Assembly (NCBI GenBank): GCA_963790305.1
Contig: CAWBOC010000009.1
Location: 384,001-448,000, forward strand
Direction: 5' to 3'
Source: an uncultured Gemmatimonadaceae bacterium
GTDB lineage: Bacteria; Gemmatimonadota; Gemmatimonadetes; Gemmatimonadales; Gemmatimonadaceae
DNA: 64,000 bases
The notes under the pieces were generated by a model that was not told the DNA's origin, ran no database searches, and saw only the letters and a program-made list of their open reading frames with translations. Positions 46,761 to 59,090 of the stretch are shown one piece after another. The position numbers were made by a program, and so were the translations under genes. Numbering within the stretch: the stretch's first letter is position 1; each line of letters starts with the position of its first letter.

Positions 46761-46807
46761 AGGGCTCGAGGGACGCGAGAGTCGTGACCCTCGATCCGTC
46801 GAGCCCT
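46761..46807. repeat. Short TCGAGGG-unit hairpin after rplL
   Basis: agggctcgaggg ... ccctcgatccgtcgagccct. Confidence 0.5.
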
Positions 46808-46816
46808 GACACCCGA

Positions 46817-47215
46817 CTACTTCACTTCCACGCTCGCTCCCTGCTCCTCGAGCTTGGCCTTGATCTGGGCGGCTTCGTCCTTCGAGACGCCGGACTTCAC
46901 GACGTTCGGGGAACCGTCGACCAGATCCTTTGCTTCCTTGAGACCGAGGCCGGTGATCTCACGAACCACCTTGATGACCTGGATCTTCTTCGCACCCGCT
47001 TCCTTGAGGGTGACGTTGAACTCGGTCTGCTCTTCTACTGGAGCGGCGGCTGCGCCGCCTCCCCCGCCACCCGGGGCGCCACCACCAACCGGTGCCGCCG
47101 CGATCGTGACGTTGAACTTCGACTTGAAGGCTTCGATCAGCTCGGCGAGCTCGAAGACCGACATGTTGCCGATCGCATCGAGAATCTCGTCCTTGCTCAT
47201 GGTCGCGTTAGCCAT
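46817..47215 (-). CDS. rplL: 50S ribosomal protein L7/L12
   Basis: [24 protein letters not shown]. Confidence 0.98.
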   Translation of the reverse strand: MANATMSKDEILDAIGNMSVFELAELIEAFKSKFNVTIAAAPVGGGAPGGGGGGAAAAPVEEQTEFNVTLKEAGAKKIQVIKVVREITGLGLKEAKDLVDGSPNVVKSGVSKDEAAQIKAKLEEQGASVEVK

Positions 47216-47311
47216 TGTATCCTCTGCTTCGTGATGAATAGTACCCGTGGTCGTCGCTACCGGTCCGTGATCCGACCGGCCGTGGGCTGTCGTTGAGCGC
47301 GTCGCGGCCCG

Positions 47312-47833
47312 CTAGGCGCTCGCACCTTCTTTTTGCGTCCGGAGCGCCTCGAGCGCGCCCGCGAACATGTACAGCAAGCCGTTCAGCGCGCCCACGAAGG
47401 CGGCCATCGGCGACATCAACCCGGCGCCCAGATCGGCGAGCATCTGCTCGCGCGAGGGCAGCGCAGCCAACTGCTTCACCTGCGCCACGTTGATTTGCTT
47501 CCCTTCGAGCAGCCCGCCTTTCACCTCGGGCTTGGAGTCGAACTCCTTCGCGAAGTCGGTGAGGACCTTGGCGGCCGCGATCGGATCCTTCCCGATCACG
47601 ACACCGGTGGGCCCACGAAGGCGCTGCCCCGCGAGGCCGCTTTCGTTGACCGCGCGCAGCGCGAGGGTGTTCTTGATGACCACGTACTCCACCCCCGCCT
47701 TGCGCAGGCGGCGGCGCAGCTCGGTCATCCGCTTCACGTTGAGGCCCGTGAAGTCGGTGTAGTAGAGCGCCTTCGCGCCCTCCATCTTCTCACGCAGCTC
47801 GGTGACGAGCTGTTCCTTTTCGGATCGCTTCAT
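47312..47833 (-). CDS. rplJ: 50S ribosomal protein L10
   Basis: DFTGL, VIKNTL, LAALPSRE. Confidence 0.96.
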   Translation of the reverse strand: MKRSEKEQLVTELREKMEGAKALYYTDFTGLNVKRMTELRRRLRKAGVEYVVIKNTLALRAVNESGLAGQRLRGPTGVVIGKDPIAAAKVLTDFAKEFDSKPEVKGGLLEGKQINVAQVKQLAALPSREQMLADLGAGLMSPMAAFVGALNGLLYMFAGALEALRTQKEGASA

Positions 47834-47839
47834 CGCTCG

Positions 47840-48529
47840 TTACCGGTACGGGGTGGTATCGATCGTAACGCCCGGTCCCATGGTGCTCGAGATCGCGACG
47901 TTTCTGATGTAGACGCCCTTCGACGCGGATGGCTTGGACCGAACGATCTGGTCCATGAACGCGCCAAAGTTCTGCTCCAGCTGGTCGTGCGTGAACGAAA
48001 CCTTGCCGATGGGCGCGTGGACGTTCCCAGCCTTGTCGACGCGGAACTCGATCTTGCCCGCTTTCACCTCACGCACGGCGCGGCCGACGTCGAAGGTGAC
48101 GGTGCCCGCCTTGGGGTTCGGCATGAGACCGCGGGGTCCGAGAATGCGGCCCAGCTGTCCGATCTGTCCCATCTGATCGGGCGTCGCGACCATGACGTCG
48201 AAATCGAGCCAGCCTTCCTTGATCTTCGCAATGTGCTCGACCCCGACGAAGTCGGCGCCCGCCGCCTCCGCCTCACGCGCTTTCTCGCCGACTGCGATGA
48301 CCAGCACGCGCACCGACTTTCCGCTGCCCGCGGGCAGCACGACCGTGCCGCGCACGACCTGATCCGCGTGGCGCGGATCGACGCCTAACCGGACAGCGAC
48401 CTCGACCGTCTCATCGAACTTCGCGAACGCGCCGTTCTTCACCAGCTCGATGGCCTGCTTGGCCGGATAGTGCGTTCCGATGTCGCGTCCCTTGGCGGCT
48501 TCCTTGTACTTCTTTCCGTGGCGCCGCAT
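47840..48529 (-). CDS. rplA: 50S ribosomal protein L1
   Basis: [24 protein letters not shown]. Confidence 0.98.
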   Translation of the reverse strand: MRRHGKKYKEAAKGRDIGTHYPAKQAIELVKNGAFAKFDETVEVAVRLGVDPRHADQVVRGTVVLPAGSGKSVRVLVIAVGEKAREAEAAGADFVGVEHIAKIKEGWLDFDVMVATPDQMGQIGQLGRILGPRGLMPNPKAGTVTFDVGRAVREVKAGKIEFRVDKAGNVHAPIGKVSFTHDQLEQNFGAFMDQIVRSKPSASKGVYIRNVAISSTMGPGVTIDTTPYR

Positions 48530-48954
48530 CAGCTCTCGACCTCCACGCCCATCGAGCGAGCGGCGCCGGCGACCATTGCCATGGCGGAGTCGATCGTGTC
48601 GCAGTTGAGGTCAGGGAGCTTGAGCTCCGCGATCTTGCGAACTTGCGCCTTGGACAGCTTACCCACCTTGGTGCGATTCGGGACGCCCGACCCCTTGTCG
48701 AGGCCCAGCTCCTTCTTGATCAGAATCGCCGCGGGGGGTGTCTTGGTGATGAAGGTGAAGGACTTGTCCGAGAAGATCGTGATCTCCACGGGCGTGATGG
48801 TCCCGTCCTGCGCCTGCGTTCTGGCGTTGAACTCCTTGCAGAACGCCATGATGTTGATGCCGTGCGGCCCGAGCGCCGTGCCGACGGGCGGCGCGGGATT
48901 CGCGCGACCGGCCGGCACCTGCAGCTTCACAAAGCCAATTGCTTTCTTAGCCAT
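48529..48954 (-). CDS. rplK: 50S ribosomal protein L11
   Basis: [20 protein letters not shown]. Confidence 0.98.
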   Translation of the reverse strand: MAKKAIGFVKLQVPAGRANPAPPVGTALGPHGINIMAFCKEFNARTQAQDGTITPVEITIFSDKSFTFITKTPPAAILIKKELGLDKGSGVPNRTKVGKLSKAQVRKIAELKLPDLNCDTIDSAMAMVAGAARSMGVEVES

Positions 48955-49017
48955 ACATTCCTCTAGCGCTTGACGCTCCCACTGGCGGTTTAACGTCGAA
49001 GTGGTGGTCGACGGACT

Positions 49018-49146
49018 TCAACTTCCGCAGACGTCAGGGATCAGACGTCAGGTGTCAGGTCTCAGGACCTTCCAACTTCACGATGTCGTGGCCGTTTTCT
49101 GACCACTGACAGCTGACGTCTGACACCCGACGTCTGCGGAAGTTGA
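49018..49146. repeat. GACGTCAG tandem hairpin with terminal inverted repeats (MITE-like), copy 2
   Basis: tcaacttccgcagacgtc ... gacgtctgcggaagttga, a perfect 18-bp inverted repeat. Confidence 0.8.
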
Positions 49147-49154
49147 TCTCGAGC

Positions 49155-49697
49155 TCAGTGAGCTCGAAGCTGCAAATAATCCAGCTCTACACTCGTTGGC
49201 CGGCCGAAGAGAGAGACAGACACTCTCACTTTGCCCTTGTCGGGGTACACCTCTTCCACCGTCCCGTTGAAATCGCTGAACGGCCCCTCGGTGATCGCCA
49301 CCGCCTGACCGACGAGAAACGGGATCTCTTCTTTCGGCTCCTGCTCCTCGAGCTCATCGGCGATGCCGAGGAGTCGGTTCACTTCTTCCGGGCGCAGCGG
49401 CTGCGGCAGGCGGTCGTGCCCGACGAACTTGATCACACCCTGGATGCTGTTAATGACGTGGAGCGTCTCCTGGTTCATGATCATCTCCACGAGCACGTAG
49501 CCGGGATAGATCTTCCGCTCCACCGTCACCTTCTTGCCGTTCTTGATCTCGATCTGGTCCTGCGTCGGCACGAGCGCCTGACGAATCGGACGCTCCTCCG
49601 CCGCCTTGGGATCAGCGTCGATCTTTCGCTGAACCAGCGACCGAACCTTGTTCTCGTGCCCCGCGGTGGTCTGAATGGCGTACCAGCGATGGGTCAT
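49155..49697 (-). CDS. nusG: Transcription factor NusG
   Basis: [23 protein letters not shown] motif, FGRPT. Confidence 0.97.
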   Translation of the reverse strand: MTHRWYAIQTTAGHENKVRSLVQRKIDADPKAAEERPIRQALVPTQDQIEIKNGKKVTVERKIYPGYVLVEMIMNQETLHVINSIQGVIKFVGHDRLPQPLRPEEVNRLLGIADELEEQEPKEEIPFLVGQAVAITEGPFSDFNGTVEEVYPDKGKVRVSVSLFGRPTSVELDYLQLRAH

Positions 49698-49700
49698 CGC

Positions 49701-49955
49701 TTACTGCACTCCGAAGAGCGACGGAATGCCGCGCACGAGGATCGCCTGGAGCGCGAGATCCATGAGCGCGATCACCGCTCCGATGAGCAGCACGAACACG
49801 ATGATGGCGATGGTCGCCTGCCGAAGCTGCGTACGATCCGGCCAGGTGACCTTCCGCATCTCCTGACGCACCTCGCCGAGGAACGTCGGGATCTCACGGA
49901 GGCCATCCATGAACCGGGCAAATCCACCGCGACGCGGGGCAACGCTCGTCGACAT
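49701..49955 (-). CDS. secE: Preprotein translocase SecE
   Basis: EMRKVTWP followed by one TM helix. Confidence 0.95.
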   Translation of the reverse strand: MSTSVAPRRGGFARFMDGLREIPTFLGEVRQEMRKVTWPDRTQLRQATIAIIVFVLLIGAVIALMDLALQAILVRGIPSLFGVQ

Positions 49956-49956
49956 G

Positions 49957-50109
49957 CTACTTCGTTTCCTTGTGCAACGTGTGCTTGTTGCAGCGGGGGC
50001 AATACTTCTTCCACTCGACGCGCTCGGGATGCAGACGCTTGTTCTTGTCGGTGAAGTAGTTGCGGTTTTTGCAGTCGTTACAGGCGAGAATGATTTTCTC
50101 TCTAGGCAT
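49957..50109 (-). CDS. rpmG: 50S ribosomal protein L33 (zinc type; not in the ORF track)
   Basis: Manual translation [18 protein letters not shown]...[17 protein letters not shown]. Confidence 0.96.
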   Translation of the reverse strand: MPREKIILACNDCKNRNYFTDKNKRLHPERVEWKKYCPRCNKHTLHKETK

Positions 50110-50126
50110 AGCTTTCTATTTCAACT

Positions 50127-50180
50127 GGAATGCGGAAGGCGGAATGCGGATACTACTTCCGCATTCCGAATTCCGTATTG
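50127..50180. repeat. (AATGCGG)n hairpin, copy 6
   Basis: Near-identical to 25231-25281. Confidence 0.85.
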
Positions 50181-50182
50181 GC

Positions 50183-51376
<1,194 letters not shown>

Positions 51377-51412
51377 GGTCGTCTGTTCCTAACTAATGAG
51401 AGTGCTTCTTCA

Positions 51413-51473
51413 GAAGGCGGAATGCGGAATGCGGATTCTTTTTTTCCGCATTCCGAATTCCGCATTCGCCTTC
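51413..51473. repeat. (AATGCGG)n hairpin, copy 7
   Basis: gaaggcggaatgcggaatgcgga ... tccgcattccgaattccgcattcgccttc. Confidence 0.85.
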
Positions 51474-51476
51474 CAG

Positions 51477-51549
51477 AGCTCGCGATCGGGATTGAACCAA
51501 TGACCTCACCCTTACCAAGGGTGTGCTCTACCAACTGAGCTACGCGAGC
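51477..51549 (-). tRNA. tRNA-Thr(GGT)
   Basis: Cloverleaf; acceptor GCTCGCG/CGCGAGC; loop CTGGTAA-type TT-GGT-AA. Confidence 0.95.
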
Positions 51550-51680
51550 GGCGCTACTGTCCGAGGCATTTGTTCACGCCGAAAGCCGCCGTGCCCGCGG
51601 CGGCCTCCGCGATCGATCATCGATCTCTTCCTGCGCGCGGCATCGACACCGCATCCCATCCTACCTAACGACGACACCCA

Positions 51681-51753
51681 AGCGGGAGACGGGGCTCGAA
51701 CCCGCGACATCAAGCTTGGAAGGCTTGCGCTCTACCAGCTGAGCTACTCCCGC
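51681..51753 (-). tRNA. tRNA-Gly(TCC)
   Basis: GCGGGAG acceptor, CT-TCC-AA loop, GTTCGAG. Confidence 0.95.
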
Positions 51754-51768
51754 GACACTGTGCGACAG

Positions 51769-51851
51769 TGGTGGGGGAAGGATTCGAACCTTCGAAGGCC
51801 GGAGCCGACAGATTTACAGTCTGTTCCCTTTGACCGCTTGGGTACCCCACC
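51769..51851 (-). tRNA. tRNA-Tyr(GTA)
   Basis: GGTGGGG acceptor, CT-GTA-AA loop, long variable arm. Confidence 0.95.
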
Positions 51852-51902
51852 GATCGGATCACGCCGACCGCCCCGCGTCGAGTACCCTGGCGACTCGCTC
51901 AG

Positions 51903-51975
51903 AGCTGACGGCGAGAATCGAACTCGCAACCTGCCGCTTACAAGGCGGCTGCTCTGCCATTTGAGCTACGTCAGC
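51903..51975 (-). tRNA. tRNA-Thr(TGT)
   Basis: GCTGACG acceptor, CT-TGT-AA loop. Confidence 0.95.
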
Positions 51976-52001
51976 GCACGGCAGTTTTTTGCGAGACTCT
52001 T

Positions 52002-52030
52002 AGGATAACCAGGGCGGAAAAGCGTGTCAA
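52002..52030 (-). promoter_or_regulatory. Sigma70-like promoter of the tRNA-tuf operon
   Basis: TTGACA-17 nt-TATCCT. Confidence 0.7.
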
Positions 52031-52049
52031 TACACGGTCAGACAGCGAC

Positions 52050-53495
52050 TTAGCCGCCGCGCACCACCCGCCACTCGGTTCCACCGGGCCCATCCTTCAC
52101 TTCGATCCCTCGCTGCTCGATCTCGTGGCGGATCGCATCGGCGAGCACGAAGTTGCGCGCCGCGCGGGCTTCCCGACGCGCCGCGAGCCTCTCCTCCACC
52201 CATTGCGCCAGTTGCTCACGCTCCAGTCGGGCGTTGTCGTCGCCGTCTGCGTCCTGCGCGCGCGGGGTGAGGTCGAGCACACCGTCAATGGTCGCGAACG
52301 CGGCACGCGCGCGGTCCAGGCCGTCGCGGTCCGCACCGTTCTTGTTGAGCTCGGCGTTCGCGCTTCGAATGAACGTGAAGAGCGCGGCAAGCGCTTCCGG
52401 CGCGTTGAGATCGTCGAAGAGCGCCGCCCGCACCTCCCGCTCGGCGTCTTCCGCTGCCCGCGCGAGCTTCGGCGTCCCGCCTCGGGCCTTCGCCAGCCGG
52501 TCGGCAAACTCCCCAATGCGTCGCACCGCCTGGACCGAACCCTCGAGCGCATCGTCCTTGAGGTTCAGCTGTTGGCGATAATGGACGCCGAACATCAGGT
52601 GGCGCGCCGCGACCCCCGGGATGCGCTGCTCACGCAACGTTTCGACGGTCACGACGTTCCCCACCCGCTTCGCCATCTTCGAGCCCTCGACCAGAAGAAA
52701 CTCGCCGTGACACCAGAGGCGAGCGAACGGAACGCCCGTGGCCCCTTCGGACTGGGCGATCTCATCCTCGTGATGCGGGAAGATGAGATCGACCCCGCCG
52801 CAGTGAAGGTCCAGGGTCTGGCCGAGATACTTCATCGCCATCGCCGAGCACTCGAGATGCCAGCCGGGACGGCCGCGTCCCCATGGTGCGTCCCATGCGG
52901 CACCAGTGCGCTCGTCCTCCGGCTTCGCCGCTTTCCAGAGCGCGAAATCGCGCACGTCCTCCTTGTTGTAATCATCGGCGGCGACGCGCGCGCCCGGCTT
53001 GATGGTGCGCGTGTCGAGGCGAGAGAGCCGTCCGTATCCCTCGAACTTCGAGATCGCGTAATAGATCGACCCGTCCTCGGCACGGTAGGCGAGTCCGCGT
53101 TTCATGAGTCGACCAATCAGGTCGATCATCTCCGGAATGTGCTCGGTCGCCTTCGGGTACACCTCCGCATCCTCGATGCGCATGTACCGGCGATCGCGAT
53201 GAAAGAGCGCCGTGATCGGCTCGGTGATCTCGCGAATGGAGAGGCCGTCTTCGTGCGCCTTCGTGATGATCTTGTCGTCGACGTCGGTGAGGTTCATGAC
53301 CTGCACCACACCCCACCCATTCAGCCGAAGCGTCCGCCGAAGGAGGTCCTCGAAGAGGAACGTTCGATAGTTTCCAATGTGCGCAGGCTTGTACACGGTG
53401 GGCCCGCACGTGTACAACCGAACGGTCTTGCCGTCCGCCGGGGCGAACGGCTCGACACGCCGCGACATCGTGTTGTAGAGGGCGAACTCCGACAT
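52050..53495 (-). CDS. cysS: Cysteinyl-tRNA synthetase
   Basis: CGPTVY..HIGN, GRPGWHLEC, FPHHE, KMAKR; start MSEFALYNT. Confidence 0.96.
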   Translation of the reverse strand: MSEFALYNTMSRRVEPFAPADGKTVRLYTCGPTVYKPAHIGNYRTFLFEDLLRRTLRLNGWGVVQVMNLTDVDDKIITKAHEDGLSIREITEPITALFHRDRRYMRIEDAEVYPKATEHIPEMIDLIGRLMKRGLAYRAEDGSIYYAISKFEGYGRLSRLDTRTIKPGARVAADDYNKEDVRDFALWKAAKPEDERTGAAWDAPWGRGRPGWHLECSAMAMKYLGQTLDLHCGGVDLIFPHHEDEIAQSEGATGVPFARLWCHGEFLLVEGSKMAKRVGNVVTVETLREQRIPGVAARHLMFGVHYRQQLNLKDDALEGSVQAVRRIGEFADRLAKARGGTPKLARAAEDAEREVRAALFDDLNAPEALAALFTFIRSANAELNKNGADRDGLDRARAAFATIDGVLDLTPRAQDADGDDNARLEREQLAQWVEERLAARREARAARNFVLADAIRHEIEQRGIEVKDGPGGTEWRVVRGG

Positions 53496-53527
53496 TTCGC
53501 GGAAGCTAGAGAGCGCCCGATGGACGG

Positions 53528-54436
53528 TCAACGGATGGGCGCGCGCTCCTCCGCGACGCGAGCGCGCGACAGGCTTCCGACCATTACGATCCGCGAGCCA
53601 TGGACGGCAATGCCAAGGCGGCGGCACTCGGCCAACACGTCCTCGGCGGATGCGCCGCCAAGCGCGACGCGCACGGTGCGTGGGCCGGCGGAGCGGGCGG
53701 GCCGAGTGCGGCCGAGCCGCGATGCGACGCGTGATGCGTGATCGACGGTGAGCTCGAGGGCGCGCGGGAGCGGCGCCGAGAGCGCGCGCAGGCGTCCCTC
53801 CTCGAGCGCCAACACGCGCAATGCGACCGCGGCCAGCGTGCGTGCGCTCACGGCGGAGGCGACCACGGTCACGCCTCGCGTCGCGAGCCAGGCGATAGTG
53901 TCGGGAATTTCCCGTCCGCCTTGCAGGTCCGGCTCGTCCGCAATGTCATCGAGCAGCGCGATGCGCGGAGGTGAAAGCACCAGCTCGGCCAGCGCGAGGC
54001 GGCGCAGCTCACCGGCGCTGAGCCGCGAAAGGCGCACCGATGCGCTCGCACCCATCGCAACACGCTCGAGAGCGATGCGGAGATCGCTCGCCTTGGGCGT
54101 GATGTCCCGCCGAAGCATCGCGTGCGTGAGCGACTCGGCGACCGTCATGCACCCGTAGTGCGACGGCACCGAGCGATAGATCACTCCCGCCGGCCGGCCA
54201 GCAGGGGATGTCGTTTCGCCGAACCACTGGACGCGGCCGCGGTCGGGGCGAAGCAGACCGGCCGCACACATGAGAAGTGTGCTCTTCCCTGACCCAGGCC
54301 GCCCGGTAATGATGACGACCTCGTGCGGACGCACGTGCAGCGTGACGCCACGAAGCGCCTGAACGGTGGCTCGGCAGGTGCCGAGGCCGACCCGATATCG
54401 TTTGTGAACGCCGAACAGGCGGAGTGCGTGTGACAT
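53528..54436 (-). CDS. Orphan, apparently degenerate ABC ATPase
   Basis: GRPGSGKS and LSAGE present; Walker B reads LLDD, no H-loop His seen. Confidence 0.65.
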   Translation of the reverse strand: MSHALRLFGVHKRYRVGLGTCRATVQALRGVTLHVRPHEVVIITGRPGSGKSTLLMCAAGLLRPDRGRVQWFGETTSPAGRPAGVIYRSVPSHYGCMTVAESLTHAMLRRDITPKASDLRIALERVAMGASASVRLSRLSAGELRRLALAELVLSPPRIALLDDIADEPDLQGGREIPDTIAWLATRGVTVVASAVSARTLAAVALRVLALEEGRLRALSAPLPRALELTVDHASRVASRLGRTRPARSAGPRTVRVALGGASAEDVLAECRRLGIAVHGSRIVMVGSLSRARVAEERAPIR

Positions 54437-54487
54437 GGGGCGGACGAAGGGTGCCCCAATGTGATCAGCGCGCGCCGAACCTCCGCA

Positions 54488-55663
54488 TCACCGGCGCGCG
54501 GCGCGGCGCGAACTCGCGCGCTTCCGCTTGCGGTGGAATCGATCGATCGCCTCGACCACCGGCGCGGGGTCGAACCGAACCGGGTCCGTTGTCGGAAGCC
54601 CCGTCTCGCGCTCAATGGCCTTGATGGCGGCCTTTGCCTTGCGCTCGGAGAGGTCGTACGTGTTCAGCGATACGGCGATGACAGGGGCCGGCCGGAGATG
54701 CCTCACGAGTGCCTCGTGAAGCTCGATGAGATCGCTCAGCGGCGGAAGCTTGACCCACGGATTGTTGGTCACGTGCGCACGTGACGGTTGATGGCACATG
54801 ACCATCGCGTGCGGGAGAGAGCCGTGGATGAGGCCTAGCGTCACCCCCGAGTATCCCGGGTGTATGACCGACCCCTGGCCTTCGACGAGTACGATGTCGG
54901 CGTCCTTCGACGCCTCGAGCACGAGCCGCTCCGCCGCACCGGCGATGAAATCGGCGATGACCGCATCGACGGCGATGCCGCCGCCATCGATCAGAATGCC
55001 GGTCTGCCCGGTCCCCGCGAAAGCGACGCGGTTTCCGCGCTCGGTCAGCCCGTCACGCATCTGCAGGGCGGCCGTCATCTTCCCAATGTTGCAGTCCGCG
55101 CCCACCGTCAGCACGACGGTCGCGTCGACCGTTCGAACGCGTCCGCCCGCGACGGGAAGATCCTTGGGCGGACGGCGCAGGTCATGAATCGACACCCCGC
55201 GCTGCTCGGCGAGATCGCGGAGCTCCACATCGTCACCGACGAAGGTGTGCAAGCCGCTCCAGACATCCATGCCGTGCTCGATCGCACGGCGGATCGTCGT
55301 GCGCCATTCTTCGGGCAAGCGACCACCCTGTGGGGCGATGCCGATGAGCAGCGCTGTCGGTCCGAGCGAGAGCCCGTCCTCGATGCCAGCGAGAACCGGA
55401 ATGTCGCCACCGAATCCAAGGATGTCGTTGGCGGTTTTCCCGGCGCGACGGGAATCGATCACGCCTACGACGCGCTCCGGTGTGTACCGGATGCAGGAGT
55501 TCGCGGTTTTCGACGTCAGCGGTCCGAACTGACCCTCGGCCAGGATCAGAAAGACAGGGGCCGCGGGATCGCGCGGTCGCGCGATGGTGCGCGTCCCCGG
55601 CGATGGCACCGCAGTGGTCTTTGGTTCCCTGTCCCTGGACATCTCGACCCCCGACGCCCTCAT
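54488..55663 (-). CDS. DUF1611-family protein
   Basis: SGLH, GADCNIGKMT, TGQTG, VEGQGS..HPGYS. Confidence 0.85.
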   Translation of the reverse strand: MRASGVEMSRDREPKTTAVPSPGTRTIARPRDPAAPVFLILAEGQFGPLTSKTANSCIRYTPERVVGVIDSRRAGKTANDILGFGGDIPVLAGIEDGLSLGPTALLIGIAPQGGRLPEEWRTTIRRAIEHGMDVWSGLHTFVGDDVELRDLAEQRGVSIHDLRRPPKDLPVAGGRVRTVDATVVLTVGADCNIGKMTAALQMRDGLTERGNRVAFAGTGQTGILIDGGGIAVDAVIADFIAGAAERLVLEASKDADIVLVEGQGSVIHPGYSGVTLGLIHGSLPHAMVMCHQPSRAHVTNNPWVKLPPLSDLIELHEALVRHLRPAPVIAVSLNTYDLSERKAKAAIKAIERETGLPTTDPVRFDPAPVVEAIDRFHRKRKRASSRRAARR

Positions 55664-56849
55664 GCCACCCGCTCTCGCCTCACTTCCGCGAGCGTCAACG
55701 GGTCCACGCCCGGAGGTGGCGGAACGAGCACCCCGCCCTTCGCCGCGGGTACACGGATCACCAGCACGCTATCGCGAGTCGTGCGACGGAACCCCTGCCC
55801 CTCGTAGATACGGCTAATGAGAATGCGGCGCACGACCACCATGATCACCGCGAGGGTGGGAACCGCCACGACGAGTCCGATTGGGCCGAGCAGCTTGCCC
55901 ATGATCAACACCGCCATGATGGTGAGCACGGGCGGCAGATCGATTTGCTTTTGCATGATGCGCGGCAGGACGACGTTCGCCTCGATCACATGGATGACGA
56001 CGCCCAGCGCCGCGACGAACAAGGCGTGCGTGAAGCCGCTGAGACCCCAGATGCCGTTGCCGGCGATGACGAAGAGCGCGGGAAGCACGGTCGACACCAG
56101 CGACCCGAAGAACGGTACCACGGCGACGACGCCGGTGAACACGCCGAACGTCAGCCAGTACGGAACCTCGAGGAAATACAACCCGGCTGCGGTGAACACG
56201 CCGAGGATCGTCATCGCCAACAGCTGCCCGACGATCCAGGAGCGGAGGGTGTTCGCAAGATCGCCCAGGACGTCGCGCACGAGATCGCGATGGACCGGCG
56301 GGAACATCGCGATCATCCATTCGCGATACAGCCCGGGGTGAAGCGCGAGGTACAGCGACATGATCGCCACGGCGAACACGTTGATCGCGCCGTGAAGCAC
56401 CCCATACACCTTCGGCACGACATCGCCAAACGCTCCCGTAATGCGGTCGTACACGGCGCGCAGCAGCGTTCCTTCGCCGACGGCATCCTGAAGCGCGGGA
56501 AAGCGCGACGCGAGCCGCTCCAGTCCACGCTCCCAGTTCTGGATGTACTCCGGAAGGACGCGGATGAGCGCCTGGGTCTGGTCGATCACCGGCGGGACGA
56601 GCACCCAGAACAGGGCGACGATACCAGCCAGTGTCGAGACGACGGCGATCGCGAGCGCGACGCCGCGCGACACCCGGATGCGATCCCGAAGCCAGTCGGC
56701 CACGGCGCCGAGGTACAGCGAGATCAGGATCGCAATGAACAGCAGGATGAACAGTTCGGCCGCGTGGCCGAACAGCATGATCAGCAGAACCGTGATGACG
56801 ACTGCCGTGAGAATGGGCGCGAAACGAAAGCGCCCCACCGTCAGGGCGC

Positions 56850-56853
<4 letters not shown>
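55660..56853 (-). CDS. AI-2E family transporter
   Basis: VPFFGS, IEANVVLPRIM, LLGPIGLVVAVP. Confidence 0.88.
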
Positions 56854-57659
<806 letters not shown>

Positions 57660-57661
57660 GC

Positions 57662-58069
57662 TCAGCGTGCCTCGCGGTAGGGCGCCAGCTCGCGAAGATG
57701 CGACGCGAGCGCCAACGTGATGCCTTCGTAGCTGGCGAGAAACTCCTCGTAGTCGAGGTGCGCCAGCTCGAGCGCCTCGGTCAGCACGATCGCGTCGTCG
57801 GATTGAATGCCGTACGAGCCGTGCACGAGATCGGACGCGTTGAGCTCCAACAGGCGTCGCGAAAGACCAGCGGCTTGGCGCTCGTCCTTTGGCAGATCCA
57901 TCACCTTCACCCGCAGCAACACCACCGGCGGCGAGTAATTGACCACGACATCGGCGTCGAGCATGCCACCGGGCTTCACGATCCAGAGCCCTGGCTCGAC
58001 TTCGGTGTAGCTCGCGCCTTCACTGGCGAGACGGTCCAGAAAGCTTTCGATATCTTCTCGGGTGACCAT
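57662..58069 (-). CDS. CesT/YbjN-like chaperone-fold protein
   Basis: RRLLELNASDLVHGSYGI; small acidic protein directly upstream of the PspA gene. Confidence 0.6.
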   Translation of the reverse strand: MVTREDIESFLDRLASEGASYTEVEPGLWIVKPGGMLDADVVVNYSPPVVLLRVKVMDLPKDERQAAGLSRRLLELNASDLVHGSYGIQSDDAIVLTEALELAHLDYEEFLASYEGITLALASHLRELAPYREAR

Positions 58070-58209
58070 GAAGCACCTGGGGTGTGCGGGCGGCATCGTC
58101 GCGGGGACGCGCTGACTTCACTACGGACGACGCGGTCCTGCTGTTTCCGCGATCCTCGCGCAGGTTGGCGGGAAGATAGTCCTGAAGGCTAGACCGGTCG
58201 AGGGATTCG

Positions 58210-59088
58210 CTAAGTCTTCTTCAGCTGGACCAGACGCTCCCGCGTCAACCGCCGACCAGTGGGGGTGGCAGCGAGCCCGCCGCCGGCGGTCTCTCGGTAA
58301 CGGACATCCATGCTCCGCCCAATCTCTCCCATCGTGTCGATGACCTCGTCGACGGGAATGCGGAATTCGATGCCGGCGATCGCCATCTCGACGGCCGCCA
58401 TCGCGATCGCCGCGCCGGTCGCGTTTCGAAAGACGCAGGGAATCTCGACCAGGCCGCCGAGTGGATCGCAGACGAGCCCTAGCGTGCCCTGCATAGCGAG
58501 AGCGATGGCGTGTCCGGCCTGCGTGGGCGTGCCGCCGCACATTTCGGTTGCCGCACCGGCTGCCATTGCTGCAGCGGCTCCCGTCTCGGCCTGGCAACCG
58601 CCTTCCGCACCCGATAGTGACGCTCGCTCGGCGATCACCGCCCCAATGAGCCCCGCGGTCGCGAGGGCGTCGACGAGCTGCTCATCGTCCACGCGGCCTG
58701 CCGCGGCAAGTCCCGTGAGCACGGCCGGCAGCACCCCCGCTCCGCCCGCTGTCGGCGCGGCGACGATGACTCCCATCGCGGCGTTGACCTCCTGCACGGC
58801 CAGCGCGCGCGCGAGGACATCCCGAAAGAGTGTCCCGGCCAGCGGACCCGGCGGGCCGTCGCGCAACTTTGCGGCATCACCACCGACGAGTCCGGAGGCA
58901 GACCGGAGATCTCCGCGCATCCCGCGCTCGACCGCCCCCCGCATGATGTCGAGCGCCCGACGAAGGGCCGAGCGAATGTCGTCGATGGACCGTCCCTGAT
59001 CGCGCGATTCCGCCTCCAGGGCAACACGCGCGAGCGAAACGCTCTGGGCTTCGGCGGCGGCGATGGCCGTGTGGAGCGAAGAAAACAC
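58210..59088 (-). CDS. sdaAA: L-serine dehydratase alpha subunit
   Basis: APTAGGAG, GAEGGCQAE, GLVCDP, RETAGGGLA. Confidence 0.93.
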   Translation of the reverse strand: MFSSLHTAIAAAEAQSVSLARVALEAESRDQGRSIDDIRSALRRALDIMRGAVERGMRGDLRSASGLVGGDAAKLRDGPPGPLAGTLFRDVLARALAVQEVNAAMGVIVAAPTAGGAGVLPAVLTGLAAAGRVDDEQLVDALATAGLIGAVIAERASLSGAEGGCQAETGAAAAMAAGAATEMCGGTPTQAGHAIALAMQGTLGLVCDPLGGLVEIPCVFRNATGAAIAMAAVEMAIAGIEFRIPVDEVIDTMGEIGRSMDVRYRETAGGGLAATPTGRRLTRERLVQLKKT

Positions 59089-59090
59089 GC

